59,657 nt of DNA from positions 1 through 59,657 of IMG/VR virus record IMGVR_UViG_3300031787_000135. The stretch is one strand, 5' to 3'. This document shows positions 20,601 to 29,226 of this stretch, in pieces; position 1 is the first letter of the stretch, and the number at the start of each line of letters is the position of its first letter. The notes below the pieces were generated by a model, which worked only from the letters and a program-made list of their open reading frames with translations, ran no database searches and was not told the origin of the DNA. The position numbers and the translations under genes are program-made. This stretch comes from a virus. Its lineage: Duplodnaviria; Caudoviricetes.

Positions 20601-23600
20601 TGGTCGATGACAACGTGTCGGTTGCGCCGTGGTCTGACGCTACCGTCGAGGACGAAGGACGCTGGGCGGGAACTTCGGTGAACGTCAGTGCCAAAGGCAA
20701 GGAGGAGGGTTACGCTGGCAAGGTTGTTCGCGTGCTAAACAAAGGCGAGACGATCGAGGTGCAGCGAGACGGGTTCGATGCGGCAGTCCGCGTGCCTGCG
20801 GAGCGAGTGAGCGTAGTTGACCTCGTTGACAGCAAGCCGGAGTCGGTTCAGCAGTCGGATAAAGCTGCGAAGATTCTTGCCGACATGGAATCAAACCAGG
20901 AAAAGATGCGGCAGGACAAGAGGCAACGCGAAGGCGAGAAGTTGGCTAATTGGGTTAAGGCGTTTGAGGGTAGCCCAAGGGAAGTCACGGCGGCTAAGGA
21001 TCTTTTCCGAAAGGACTTTGAGAAAGCCAGAGAGAATGGCGTAAGTGACGATCGTTTAATAGAGATCATCGAGCATGGTCAAGCGAACGAGATGTTTACG
21101 GAGAGGGAAGCTGCCGACCTAAAGAATCGCATCAATCCTGCAAAGCAACGTCACGAACTTTTGTTGGACCGTGCCGCGCCCTACGTTGAAAAAGGCGAAT
21201 CGTACAAGCGAGACATTGCCGATCCCGCCATGCGACTGCAAACGGCGATAGCTAAAGGCAATGCGATCGACAGTAGCTTGGTGCAGACGCTGACTGATGA
21301 GCTCGAAGTGATCTTGGACTACTGGGAGCCGTTACTTGGAAAGCTAAACGTCACGCAAGTCATCAATGAAACGTGGGGTAACGAGCAGACTCTTGACAAG
21401 GCTGTGGAGCGGCAGTATCAGGCGGATAGGATGCCGATAATCGGAAAAGCGATGCAGGAGGAAAAGACCTGGTATCAGACTCAGGACGAATCGCTTGACG
21501 ACAAAATCCAGGCGTGGCTTGACGGTGGCGAGTTGCCGACAAGAGTCTACGGCAACAGTAGTGGTGTGCCGATGGATCTAGGGAACGGTGCTGCGGCGAG
21601 AAAGCGAGCGCAATCCCTCGCAAACAAGCTGGGTGTTGGCGTAGCTATCGTTCAGCACACAAAAACATTCAAGGCGTTTTTTGTTGAGTTGCCTGTCTCT
21701 AGCGTTGAAGGGAAAATCTACGGTTCGCAAGTCCCACTAGACTTCGACAAGGACTTCGAATCGGTTGGCGCTGTAGCTCCAGACGCAGGGAAAGAAAAGA
21801 AAACAAACCTAGATAAGATCAACGACGAGTTGCTTGGAATTACGACAGAGAAAATCAAAAACGATCTTATCGCTAAGGCGGCGGAAGATCTGGGGTCGGA
21901 AGTTCAGCCTAAACAATCAGAGGTGAAAGATGAAACGAGAGACCAAGAAGACGAAGAAAGACCAGACACAGGACCAATGGGACAAGATCGAGGAGCGATA
22001 TCGGGATATGGTGTCAAAGGAAAGTCCACGTCGGTTATCACAGCGGATAAAAGCACTCGAAGAGCAACGTACTACGCAGTCGAAGCCGACTCCCTAATCC
22101 CTTCCCACGACGCTCGAAAGAACTTCGCCAAGAACGAAGGGTCGCTTGAAAACGAGCGGCCATACGAGGATCCGAAAGAGGGTGCTGACTCCAGGCAGAC
22201 GGTTCGGGGTATTGCAGAGGTTGATAAAGAGAAAAGGTATCTTCTGACTAGCGACACTATGTCGCCAACGGACGGTCCGCCAATCGTAGACCTGTACGGA
22301 CGAGTCCTCGGCGGAAACGCAAGGTCCATGGGGATGCAGTTGGCGTATGCTGGTCCAAACGCGGATGTTCTCCGATCGCACATGCGAGCTGAAGGCGCTA
22401 AGTTTGAAATTCCTCAAGAGCAGCTAGATGCGCTGAACAACCCAGTCATTATTCGCGTGATGGAAGAACCTTTTGACGAAAACACAATATCTTCACTACT
22501 GAACGAGTCTCTTGCTGCCGCCAAGTCGCAAGCCACTGTTGTTGTTTCGCAATCCAAGCGATTGAGCGAAGAAACGATAGACTTGGTAGCCTCTATTCTT
22601 GGCGCAGAATCCGAGCCTAGCCTCAGAGAAGTAATGGCGAACCCAAGGCAATCCACCAGGATTGTTCAGGCGATAGTGAGAGACGGAGCTTGGTCGGACA
22701 AGGACATTGCTGTTTATGTCGATCCAGGCACAGGCGACTTGACAGCCGAGGGGAAACTAGCAATCGAAAATATGCTGGTTGCCAGAGTGATTCCAAACGT
22801 GAGTTTGCTTGGCGATGTCGCACCATCAGTCAAGCAAAAGATACTGTCTGCTATCGGACCTTTAACTAAGGGTTTGGCGAGTGAAAAGTTCGGAAAGCAG
22901 ATGCTAGACGATCTAGTCGCAGCAATTGAAGCATACAATGGCTACCTTGCAGAGCGCAAAACAAACTCGCTCCAGAGCTACTTCTTCGAACAAAAGCAAA
23001 TGTTTCCCGTCCCAGGACACGGAAGCGTGACCGTGGCTGGGATTGTTCATGCGCTGGCTGATTTTACGCCTACCAAGTTCCGCAATGCGATGCGAGATGT
23101 CGTTGAGTCGCTTGGTATTGGGGAGCGAACCCCATCGCTGTTCGGCGACGACGTTACTTACGATACGATTCAAGATGCCGTCAGAAACGTCATAAATCCT
23201 CCGCTGAGAAGAGACACTGACCTGCTGATGCAACTCGACGACAGGATCACCGATCCTCCGCAGTCGTTGTTCCAGAGCGATCCTGACATCGACGCCACCA
23301 TACGCTCTAAGGCGCTGGATCTAGGTATCGCAGCAAACGAGGCTGGCATCACAGCATTCGACGACTTCGTGAGGTATTCACTCGAAAGAAACGGCGAGAA
23401 GCTGACTCGGTACATGGGTGCTTACCTTGCGATGGTAGGCAAAGCGGTCGGCATGACAGGCATCCGTCCCGTCAAGGACATCCTCGGCGTGCCGATGACG
23501 AAAGAGGAGTACGTCCAGCTCGGCAAGGAGGCGTTTGCGTCTGTGCCCGCCGAGCAGGTAGAGGCTGGCATTGAGGCGGCGATGCTTACGGGGTTGCCTC

Positions 23601-26600
23601 AGATGGCTGCGGGTTTCGCGCCGGCAGGTTCGCCTGTGCCTGGACAGGGACTCATGCAGGGAGATTTCGACCAGCCAGCCGACTACGAGTTCACCGAGAG
23701 CGACTACCGTCCTGCCGTCGTGTCATACGCTCGCGACAAGTGGGGTAGTGCGGTGGCGGCCAACGGCAAGCCAACGTGGCAGAACTTCGTGCGATGGTTC
23801 GATGACAGCGCAGTGGTGGACAAGGACGGGAAACCGCTGGTTGTGTACCACGGAACAGCCAAGACGTTTGACGAGTTCTTTCAAAAGGAAAGTACGAAAT
23901 CACCGTCTAAATTGATTGGCTTTTTCTTCTCTCCGTCTGCAAAAATGGCTAGCGATCATGTGGCTAGGCGATCAGGCGGAGAGCCTGGATCTCAGGTTTA
24001 CCCTGTCTACCTTTCCGTTAAAAATCCATACGTCGAATCTGTTATGGATCACATGGATATGAACGTGTGGTCTGCGGCGAAAATAAAAAAATGGAAGCAG
24101 TCTTTGATCGATGAGGGGTACGATGGTATCTACATCGAGCCTTCAAAGAGCATGCCTGGGTACGAGGATGGGGTTTGGATCGCCTTCGACCCGACCCAGA
24201 TCAAGTCCGCCACAGGCAATCGCGGCACGTTCGACCCGAACAACCCGAACATGCTGTACCAAGAGGGTAAGCAGGTCGACGCAGATACCATCCCGAAGGC
24301 TGTGCTGAGCAAGATGTCTCGCAGGTTGAAGTCTATGGGTTACGACTCTCGTGGCGCAGAGGACGTTCGCAAAGCTATCAAGGAAATGCGACTGTTGGAC
24401 TTTCAGGAGGACTGGATTGCGGCGTATCAATTCGCAATCGGCTCTGAGCAAGAACGCCAAGGCAAAGCAGCGGCTAAAAAAGACCTGAAGCACGTCAACT
24501 GGAGCAGGTTGAGTCAACTGGGAGAGACTCTAAACCCCAACGAGGCAGGCTACATCAAGCCAGATGGCTCTCTAGCCGACTTCTCTGGCAAGCGGGAGGG
24601 TGGTCAGCCTGGAACGCGATCGTTTGATCACCGAGAAGCTGGCGGAACGGCAGGCATGCAGGAAGTCATTGCATACGGCTGGGTTCGCATGGACGAAAAC
24701 TCTGGCTCGTTGGACATTGCAAAGATGCCAACACCAGCACAGTTGTCGGCTATAACCAGGATGGCGCAGCGCAAGTTCGGCGAGATCGTTCTCGATCTTG
24801 AGGACGGTCTTGGGGAGTGGAGGGAAACTGACGGGTACTACATCAACCCTCGCCGACGATGGTCACAGCAGTACCCAGAAGGCACAAAGCCTCAAAGGAT
24901 AATCAACGACATCAAGAAGTTTTTTGGTGGCGACACTCCGAACACGCTATTCCAGACCCAGCAGCAAGGCGGCAACGTCAAGGGCTGGACGAAGTTCATC
25001 AGCGGCACCCGAGCGTTGATCGGTGCGACCAGCAAGGCGGACATCTCCACGGTGATCCACGAATACGCTCACGTAATACGCCGATTCCTGCTCAACAGGG
25101 ACGTTCCGCAAGATCAGCGAATCGACATCACGGACGAAGAGATCGCGATGCTCGAGGAGAAGTGCGGCGTTAAGGACGGCAATTGGGATGTGCCAGCCGA
25201 AGAGAAGTTTGCCAAGATGTGGGAGCAGTATTTCTTCGAAGGCAAGTCGCCAAACACGCTGCTGGACTCGCTGTTCGAGAAGATCTCCCGTTGGATGCAA
25301 CAGGTCTACCAGAGCGCCATGAGCATCACTGGCGGCACGTTGGATCCCGAAGTCCGCGATCTGTTCGACAAGATGGTCCAGCGTCAGTTGCCTGCCGATC
25401 AGCGTACTGGCGCAAGGTCACGAGACGGCGGCAAGGACAAGCCACCGATATACCTCCCAGTGACAAGCGACCAATGGGGTGACAACCTGACCAGCCTCGC
25501 CAACGCTGCTGCGAACGCCACCAGAGAGCGGCTTAAATTGCCGAGCCTGACTGAGCCTGCGAGCGAAGGGTTTCAGGAGTGGCTGGACGCTGCGGTCGTA
25601 CTTATGAGAAACGATCCGACTTATGCGAATCGACTGGTCAAGGAGTTGCAGCAGAGTTCTAGGAGCATCGACGATGTTGATGTTGCTGTCCTGAATCTGC
25701 ACTATCGCCACCTCAAGAACCTGTCGGACGCTGCTGCCAATCGATTGTTCAAAGCGATCGACGACAAGCAGGGAGACGTTGCTATCGTTCAGGCTCGTCG
25801 GGAGTCCGACGCTCTGATCAACGAAATCGAGGACTTTACAGACATGACCAAGAAGGTCGGCACTGAGGCTGGTCGTGCGTTGGTTGCGCGAAAGATCGCA
25901 CTTGCGGAAGATTACACACTCGGCAATCTGCTTCTCAAGGCTCGAGTCGCCAACGCTGGTCAACCGCTAAGTGAAGCGCAACTGCAAGAAGTAAGGGAAC
26001 TGGCAGACAAGATTGCCAAACTCGAGGGTGATCTCGCCAAGGAGATACAGGAGAAGGATGACCTCGCACGTAAACTCGCAGCCAAGGAGAGCATCGACGA
26101 CACCCAGAAGGAAGTTGGCAAGCCTGTCCGCAACACGGCAACGAATCGAGCGGTTAAGAAGGTTGAGAACTTCGTCAGCAAGTTCGTCAATATCTTCGGC
26201 AAGCGAGACGACACGACAACGCTCCAGCAGACCGAAGACGAGGCGATGGCTGAGGACGGCGAGGAAGTGATCAAGAGCTTCGTTGAGGCAGGCGTCTACT
26301 CGTTCGGTGAGTTCATGTCCAAGTTCAAGGCTGTCATCAAAGGTGACGTTCCTGTCGCTGCGAGAGCTGCTTTGCGCAAGGCTTGGGACAAACTGAAGGC
26401 GCAAGGCGACATTCCCGCTCCCGATATGTCCGACGAACGGCAAACTGCGGAACTCAGGCGGCTTGCCAAGATGGTCGAGCGTAACTTGGTCGAGTTCGGC
26501 ATCACGGATCCAGAAGAAGTCATCGACGGCGTGCATGAGGCGTTGCAGGAAGTGTTTGAGGATGTCACCCGGCGCGAGGCAATGGACGCCATGAGCGGCT

Positions 26601-29119
26601 ATGGTCAGTATTCGACGCCAAGCCAGGAGCCAGTGGACAAGATCATTCGCGACCTAAACGCTCAATATCAGCAAATGGCGAAAAAGGATGATATGCAACA
26701 AGGTGTCGCTCCAAAGAAGAGCGGAAGGGGGAGGGACGAGCCAAGTCCTGAGTTGCGAGAGTTAATTCGCGAAGTCAACGAGATGAAGCGGAACAGCAAA
26801 TACTTCATCACGGATCCCGAAGCTCAGTTAAAAACCATCTTCCAGGCGACCAGGACGGCACTCAGGAACCGTATTTACGACTTGAACAAGGCGATTAAGG
26901 CAAAGGAGCCGATACCAGGACGTACACCCAACACTTTCGAGGGTGAGCAAGCCAAGGAAATCGAGAGCCTGCGCAAGCAACGTGACGAGCTCATGGCTGA
27001 CTACAAGGCGACGTTCCCCAAGCCTGGGTTGACGTTTGAGCAACGTGCTGCCATCGCGGAGCGAGCTGTCGATCGCGAGATCACTAAGATCGAACAGCAA
27101 CTAGCCTCGGGCAATGTCGCTGCAAAGGAGCGTGCCGAGCCAGTCTCGACGCCGGCGCTCAAGGACAAGCAGAACAGGCTGGAGTCACTGCGAGCTCAGC
27201 GTGAGGCGGTCAGGGAGATGCAGATGACAGACGCAGACAGGGAACAAAGAGCAGAGAGATTGGAGCGACAAGCCGAGAAGGCTTACGTTGCCAACCTGCT
27301 CAATCGGATTGCCGACTACGAGGATCGCAAGGCGCAAGGGTACTTTGGACCAAAACCGAAGAAGGAGCCAAGAACGCTTAGTCCGAGGGAGGTTGAGCTG
27401 TCTCGACAGCTTGTGAGCCTCAAGGACGAGTTCTTCCGCTACGCTGCGGAATACCGACTCAGGAACATGGGCAAGGTGGAGCGGTTTTGGGATCGGACGA
27501 AAGAGACTATGCACCTGTCTCGAGCGATCATGACATCGTTTGACTTGTCAGCGGTGTTCCGACAGGGTGGCATCGCTTCACTGGCGCACCCGAGACTGGC
27601 GGCAGCAGCTAGCCGAGAGATGTGGAATGCACTGTGGCGAGGGGGTGCTGAGTTCGACACCATGGACAAGATCAGCAAGGACGAGTTGTACACTCTTGCT
27701 ATGCGAGCTGGACTGAGCATTACGACCGACAGCGGCAAGATCACAAGGCAAGAGGAAGCGTACATGGGTAGGTGGGCGAAGTGGGGCATTGGGAAGAAAG
27801 GCACGAAGATCAATGAACTAAGCCTGAAAGCTTTGTTTTTTGTCGCCCCATCAGCTAGATCCTACACCACGTTCCTGAACTCGATGCGGTTCCGAGTTTT
27901 CAAGTACATGGTGAGCAACCTGGGTGCTGGCGGTGAAGTGACGATCGACGAAGCCAAAGTCATCGCGTCATACGTCAACGCTGCTACGGGACGTGCGGAG
28001 CTCGGCAAGTTCAATCAAGCCGCTGCCAACCTCAACACGGTGTTCTTCGCTCCTCGATACGTTGCGTCTAGGTTCCAGTACCTCGCCATGCCGTTCTACC
28101 TGCTCCCTTCGACCAAGGTGTCAGGACGAGTCAAGAAGATGATCGCCATGGAGTACGCTCGGCACGTCATGGGGTTGACGGCGTTCCTCGGGTTGTCAGT
28201 GGCGCTTGCGAGCCTGCTTACCGACGACGAGGAGGAAAAGCCGACCGTCGAGTTCGATCCGCGATCGAGCGATTTCATGAAGCTCAAGATCGGTGACACT
28301 CGAATCGATCCGATGGCAGGTCTTTCCCAGACGGTAACACTCATCGGTCAAATGGCAACGGGACAGAAGAAGGGACTCCGCGGGGACATCAAAGACCTCT
28401 ACGGCGAAAACCGCAAGTTTGGGGATCCAGACCTGTGGGACGTCGGCACTGGGTTCCTGCGCAAGAAACTGGCTCCGATTCCTGGTGCGATCGTAGATCT
28501 CCGAGTCGGAGAGAACGTCATCGGCGAGAAGGAAACGGTACTCAGTGCGACGACCGACCTGTTCGTCCCGCTGTCGTTCCAGGAGGCTGGCGAGACGATG
28601 AAAGCGCGAGGACTCGTCGGTGGAGCGGTTGTGACCGCATTGTCGCTACTTGGGATGGGTGGTGGCACCTACGGACCCAAAACGCAGTATGCGACTGCCG
28701 ACGCTGCCAAACGCGAGGAGTTGTTCAACAAGGACTTGGATAGGGTCAAGTGGAACGATCCAGACCTTGCGTACAAGGACTTCCTGACGACCGCTCAGGT
28801 GGACAAGTTCAACAAGCAGCGAGAAGGACGTAAGCAATCGCTGGTGTTCTCAGCAGCAGCAGATCCGAAGCGCAAGGACTACAACAGCGACGAGACGTTC
28901 AAGAAGTCAGTCGAGGATCGCGACAAGGCTCTCGATGCGATAGTCAAGGCTGGCATGGGGTCGAAGGAAATCCAACTGCTACTGATCGCCTACTACAAGC
29001 GCAACTACGGTTCAGCCTATGAAACGCGAGAAGGTGTGTACCAAATGAAGGAGTCGCTCGCCAGCAGATTGCAAACGATTCGACGCAAGCTAAACGAGAA
29101 AAAGACCCCTGCGAAATAG
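14648..29119 (+). CDS. giant polyvalent / internal virion protein, 4823 aa
   Basis: Kinase-like IGKGGNASVY..NLLID; SF2 helicase GSAPGTGKT/DEAH/GGTGLSFHD/EQVSGRLAR; ParB-like LIPSHD..GPPIV..GGNAR; ART-like PLVVYHGT..GFFFS..PVYL..QIKSATGN; HEYAH. Confidence 0.85.
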   Translation: MSTTDILDLVKKVKSEMPAGAFSPAEGKSLVYGQQQGGETVDPNSLTPEARDVLRLVGKIKQGSVAVESKAAGSSIDSQLSPKYDSREQAIIDRNLASFADDKLAGEAAGDIEVQQRRQQRAYAEQATPEVVAPVKELLSSSGDRAKVLGIVRKMTPEQKEETLRLAAGVAQQMGDDRGGAAGRTLGALSLGVSKGVSQPIMELVGMGGTQEEIDYIRKLDAIAAQEFAPARPGDPWYESGPLQAAQMAPWMATVVGGNVAGTAAGKIGGQLLARGAAAGVPGAKAAFQAAGAVGRAPTLLGRQAMTTRGVFEGAGGLAGITAASFPGQYAQEVDSLKELGMQDDWKLRLLAGGTATVGGLIEGIVPNPFGGTVSLKQGAMKAARQYLWEAIKKAPAELTEEGLQGFTSGLGEYVAQYIASEKDLDFGDGETVKSNGVKKKTIADAFKKGWEQTKEAALPMAFLLGVPAVGGAGLSAIRARRYQLEQIRAKNFVSESDAKEAGIEGTSRRERMDNLNGEMQDLDNQEKQITTQLDQEFINQQQQQAQAPQPQAGVQPEQMGAGSQVDEAGELVPQASQTDLDREFAERMAARGGNVSTPPPTSTPTTPPVVPQQTPASFAARMARGEQMTSPEDQQYRINNAAEIEAELQKLVQAPGTPALTPEQADQSDREFADRKAAEQVPQSGLTIDSIRQAASSQPIGKGGNASVYGISDDLVLRVPKGVKEIIDDFEPVDHPLTKLGVRAGQAAFENSQGVGVLQRQRGEEAGLSLPRLVPEGQGDAVYSSRVKKAAAMPQSAYDELASTMLQINNAGYLVDPSKSSNLLIDSEGQQFNFVDTVKADDKENVRNQQLEGARKNAASYLLVMLMGNTYAGLYKGDPLTGDYKQIYDKVMSAAASQGLETEMTSSGKYSMDLAGVKEPESQQPPVAPPLKNSWQMSRAEAQELGWGESWSSVIRRGIDQGKDVPVSVRDELFAYDKERESKSSKREEVPKAKVGDTVVRYTHKDGSGLLNNNGLDRSKLTDDEEAELVELMDFGLQQPASGTSGVFYFTKEGEQKHKRMIDLLSKASKKGVVRSETVLDQEPSWESEDGQIAVMPKQGRKPDDRPSGEQAQSSDVVSPESEIDAAMEEEFKRQLAQKSKDQQPPPSEGKPPKKRSPRKKKPSTEKPPQAIRSKEERKKEIGDLWNQLISESKNRLPSGLDPELLKIAAKLAIAVIEDGALTFAEFVKASVANIPGDMLDRLKPYIESAWRTAHRNKMTEDAGGKFDDYMKKPQQPKQEQPEAKKPEPKEQPEAEKESEVDKTLRQAGLNVEKLADGTWQITGNTYEHSKEIGDVKREVRELGGYWDKYGKKWTFKADPRRAIADRLVSKGVGTEPADDGVSAEQMARERARRAEDEKPDVQTTSESYVASVDQSTRDLIGRGLKFGMTEEVVSNQIEDVGRVVNAAENGRPMFVIGSAPGTGKTFVLGGVIRELRKRGFKKFVYVTQNQDLVSQVQNNLADYGLEGVEFVTYTKARTAPPSTSGAVLLLDEAHSAKNLDRETGKKLSSMVQSSDFTVYATATPFENVTEAEYIGYSGIFDDLKVQFDRPSNKPGGRPFRNELYGFKAWAWMFGANVYFVKQEDRNGETRFVPVVWWDKQQTSEEDQLAANEWLKKRGVYVQRPMALPVGMVNSELRSIEADPYWADISNQVVDIYADAESEAESNVERGQIKAHKANVLKRLLEASKVDAAIARAKDLIGKGETNDPQVIIFVNTKADTDIGTYTLSEPYRKEYGIKGKDAKRRYTPSEMDEMMQRWYEAKAIAKEMGDNAGPPPFAPFVHKIAMAMDAAGVMEKFPSVIDKIMDAFPGQAVEYSGRTASQNSDNLAKWKNNEAKLIVATMDKGGTGLSFHDTTGKMPSRYQVNMNLPWSGTKVEQVSGRLARYGTAKPVNIEWLFASNIPFDRELSKTVGSRMRSMAAAVQGRKSGEAKQIRDFDFEESPVVDDNVSVAPWSDATVEDEGRWAGTSVNVSAKGKEEGYAGKVVRVLNKGETIEVQRDGFDAAVRVPAERVSVVDLVDSKPESVQQSDKAAKILADMESNQEKMRQDKRQREGEKLANWVKAFEGSPREVTAAKDLFRKDFEKARENGVSDDRLIEIIEHGQANEMFTEREAADLKNRINPAKQRHELLLDRAAPYVEKGESYKRDIADPAMRLQTAIAKGNAIDSSLVQTLTDELEVILDYWEPLLGKLNVTQVINETWGNEQTLDKAVERQYQADRMPIIGKAMQEEKTWYQTQDESLDDKIQAWLDGGELPTRVYGNSSGVPMDLGNGAAARKRAQSLANKLGVGVAIVQHTKTFKAFFVELPVSSVEGKIYGSQVPLDFDKDFESVGAVAPDAGKEKKTNLDKINDELLGITTEKIKNDLIAKAAEDLGSEVQPKQSEVKDETRDQEDEERPDTGPMGQDRGAISGYGVKGKSTSVITADKSTRRATYYAVEADSLIPSHDARKNFAKNEGSLENERPYEDPKEGADSRQTVRGIAEVDKEKRYLLTSDTMSPTDGPPIVDLYGRVLGGNARSMGMQLAYAGPNADVLRSHMRAEGAKFEIPQEQLDALNNPVIIRVMEEPFDENTISSLLNESLAAAKSQATVVVSQSKRLSEETIDLVASILGAESEPSLREVMANPRQSTRIVQAIVRDGAWSDKDIAVYVDPGTGDLTAEGKLAIENMLVARVIPNVSLLGDVAPSVKQKILSAIGPLTKGLASEKFGKQMLDDLVAAIEAYNGYLAERKTNSLQSYFFEQKQMFPVPGHGSVTVAGIVHALADFTPTKFRNAMRDVVESLGIGERTPSLFGDDVTYDTIQDAVRNVINPPLRRDTDLLMQLDDRITDPPQSLFQSDPDIDATIRSKALDLGIAANEAGITAFDDFVRYSLERNGEKLTRYMGAYLAMVGKAVGMTGIRPVKDILGVPMTKEEYVQLGKEAFASVPAEQVEAGIEAAMLTGLPQMAAGFAPAGSPVPGQGLMQGDFDQPADYEFTESDYRPAVVSYARDKWGSAVAANGKPTWQNFVRWFDDSAVVDKDGKPLVVYHGTAKTFDEFFQKESTKSPSKLIGFFFSPSAKMASDHVARRSGGEPGSQVYPVYLSVKNPYVESVMDHMDMNVWSAAKIKKWKQSLIDEGYDGIYIEPSKSMPGYEDGVWIAFDPTQIKSATGNRGTFDPNNPNMLYQEGKQVDADTIPKAVLSKMSRRLKSMGYDSRGAEDVRKAIKEMRLLDFQEDWIAAYQFAIGSEQERQGKAAAKKDLKHVNWSRLSQLGETLNPNEAGYIKPDGSLADFSGKREGGQPGTRSFDHREAGGTAGMQEVIAYGWVRMDENSGSLDIAKMPTPAQLSAITRMAQRKFGEIVLDLEDGLGEWRETDGYYINPRRRWSQQYPEGTKPQRIINDIKKFFGGDTPNTLFQTQQQGGNVKGWTKFISGTRALIGATSKADISTVIHEYAHVIRRFLLNRDVPQDQRIDITDEEIAMLEEKCGVKDGNWDVPAEEKFAKMWEQYFFEGKSPNTLLDSLFEKISRWMQQVYQSAMSITGGTLDPEVRDLFDKMVQRQLPADQRTGARSRDGGKDKPPIYLPVTSDQWGDNLTSLANAAANATRERLKLPSLTEPASEGFQEWLDAAVVLMRNDPTYANRLVKELQQSSRSIDDVDVAVLNLHYRHLKNLSDAAANRLFKAIDDKQGDVAIVQARRESDALINEIEDFTDMTKKVGTEAGRALVARKIALAEDYTLGNLLLKARVANAGQPLSEAQLQEVRELADKIAKLEGDLAKEIQEKDDLARKLAAKESIDDTQKEVGKPVRNTATNRAVKKVENFVSKFVNIFGKRDDTTTLQQTEDEAMAEDGEEVIKSFVEAGVYSFGEFMSKFKAVIKGDVPVAARAALRKAWDKLKAQGDIPAPDMSDERQTAELRRLAKMVERNLVEFGITDPEEVIDGVHEALQEVFEDVTRREAMDAMSGYGQYSTPSQEPVDKIIRDLNAQYQQMAKKDDMQQGVAPKKSGRGRDEPSPELRELIREVNEMKRNSKYFITDPEAQLKTIFQATRTALRNRIYDLNKAIKAKEPIPGRTPNTFEGEQAKEIESLRKQRDELMADYKATFPKPGLTFEQRAAIAERAVDREITKIEQQLASGNVAAKERAEPVSTPALKDKQNRLESLRAQREAVREMQMTDADREQRAERLERQAEKAYVANLLNRIADYEDRKAQGYFGPKPKKEPRTLSPREVELSRQLVSLKDEFFRYAAEYRLRNMGKVERFWDRTKETMHLSRAIMTSFDLSAVFRQGGIASLAHPRLAAAASREMWNALWRGGAEFDTMDKISKDELYTLAMRAGLSITTDSGKITRQEEAYMGRWAKWGIGKKGTKINELSLKALFFVAPSARSYTTFLNSMRFRVFKYMVSNLGAGGEVTIDEAKVIASYVNAATGRAELGKFNQAAANLNTVFFAPRYVASRFQYLAMPFYLLPSTKVSGRVKKMIAMEYARHVMGLTAFLGLSVALASLLTDDEEEKPTVEFDPRSSDFMKLKIGDTRIDPMAGLSQTVTLIGQMATGQKKGLRGDIKDLYGENRKFGDPDLWDVGTGFLRKKLAPIPGAIVDLRVGENVIGEKETVLSATTDLFVPLSFQEAGETMKARGLVGGAVVTALSLLGMGGGTYGPKTQYATADAAKREELFNKDLDRVKWNDPDLAYKDFLTTAQVDKFNKQREGRKQSLVFSAAADPKRKDYNSDETFKKSVEDRDKALDAIVKAGMGSKEIQLLLIAYYKRNYGSAYETREGVYQMKESLASRLQTIRRKLNEKKTPAK
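21930..22097 (+). CDS. possible nested +1-frame 55-aa ORF inside the giant gene
   Basis: GAGGTG at 21920-21925, ATG 21930, TAA 22095-22097; lies over a linker of the main frame. Confidence 0.3.
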   Translation: MKRETKKTKKDQTQDQWDKIEERYRDMVSKESPRRLSQRIKALEEQRTTQSKPTP

Positions 29120-29141
29120 GCGAAAATTTCCCAGGGTGCTA

Positions 29142-29169
29142 TTGCATGCTGGGGTGCGATTGCTACCAT
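29142..29169 (+). promoter_or_regulatory. sigma70-like promoter for the recombination/replication module
   Basis: TTGCAT-N16-TACCAT with TG extension, intergenic. Confidence 0.5.
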
Positions 29170-29226
29170 GGGATACGAGCCGAGTATCGTACTTGGCTGT
29201 TCTGAGGCATTTTGGGAGATTTGCTT

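Noticed and set aside
14919-28837. Long antisense ORFs within the giant gene (e.g. 14933..16324)
   Set aside because: Shadow ORFs typical of GC-rich coding DNA; no recognisable motifs
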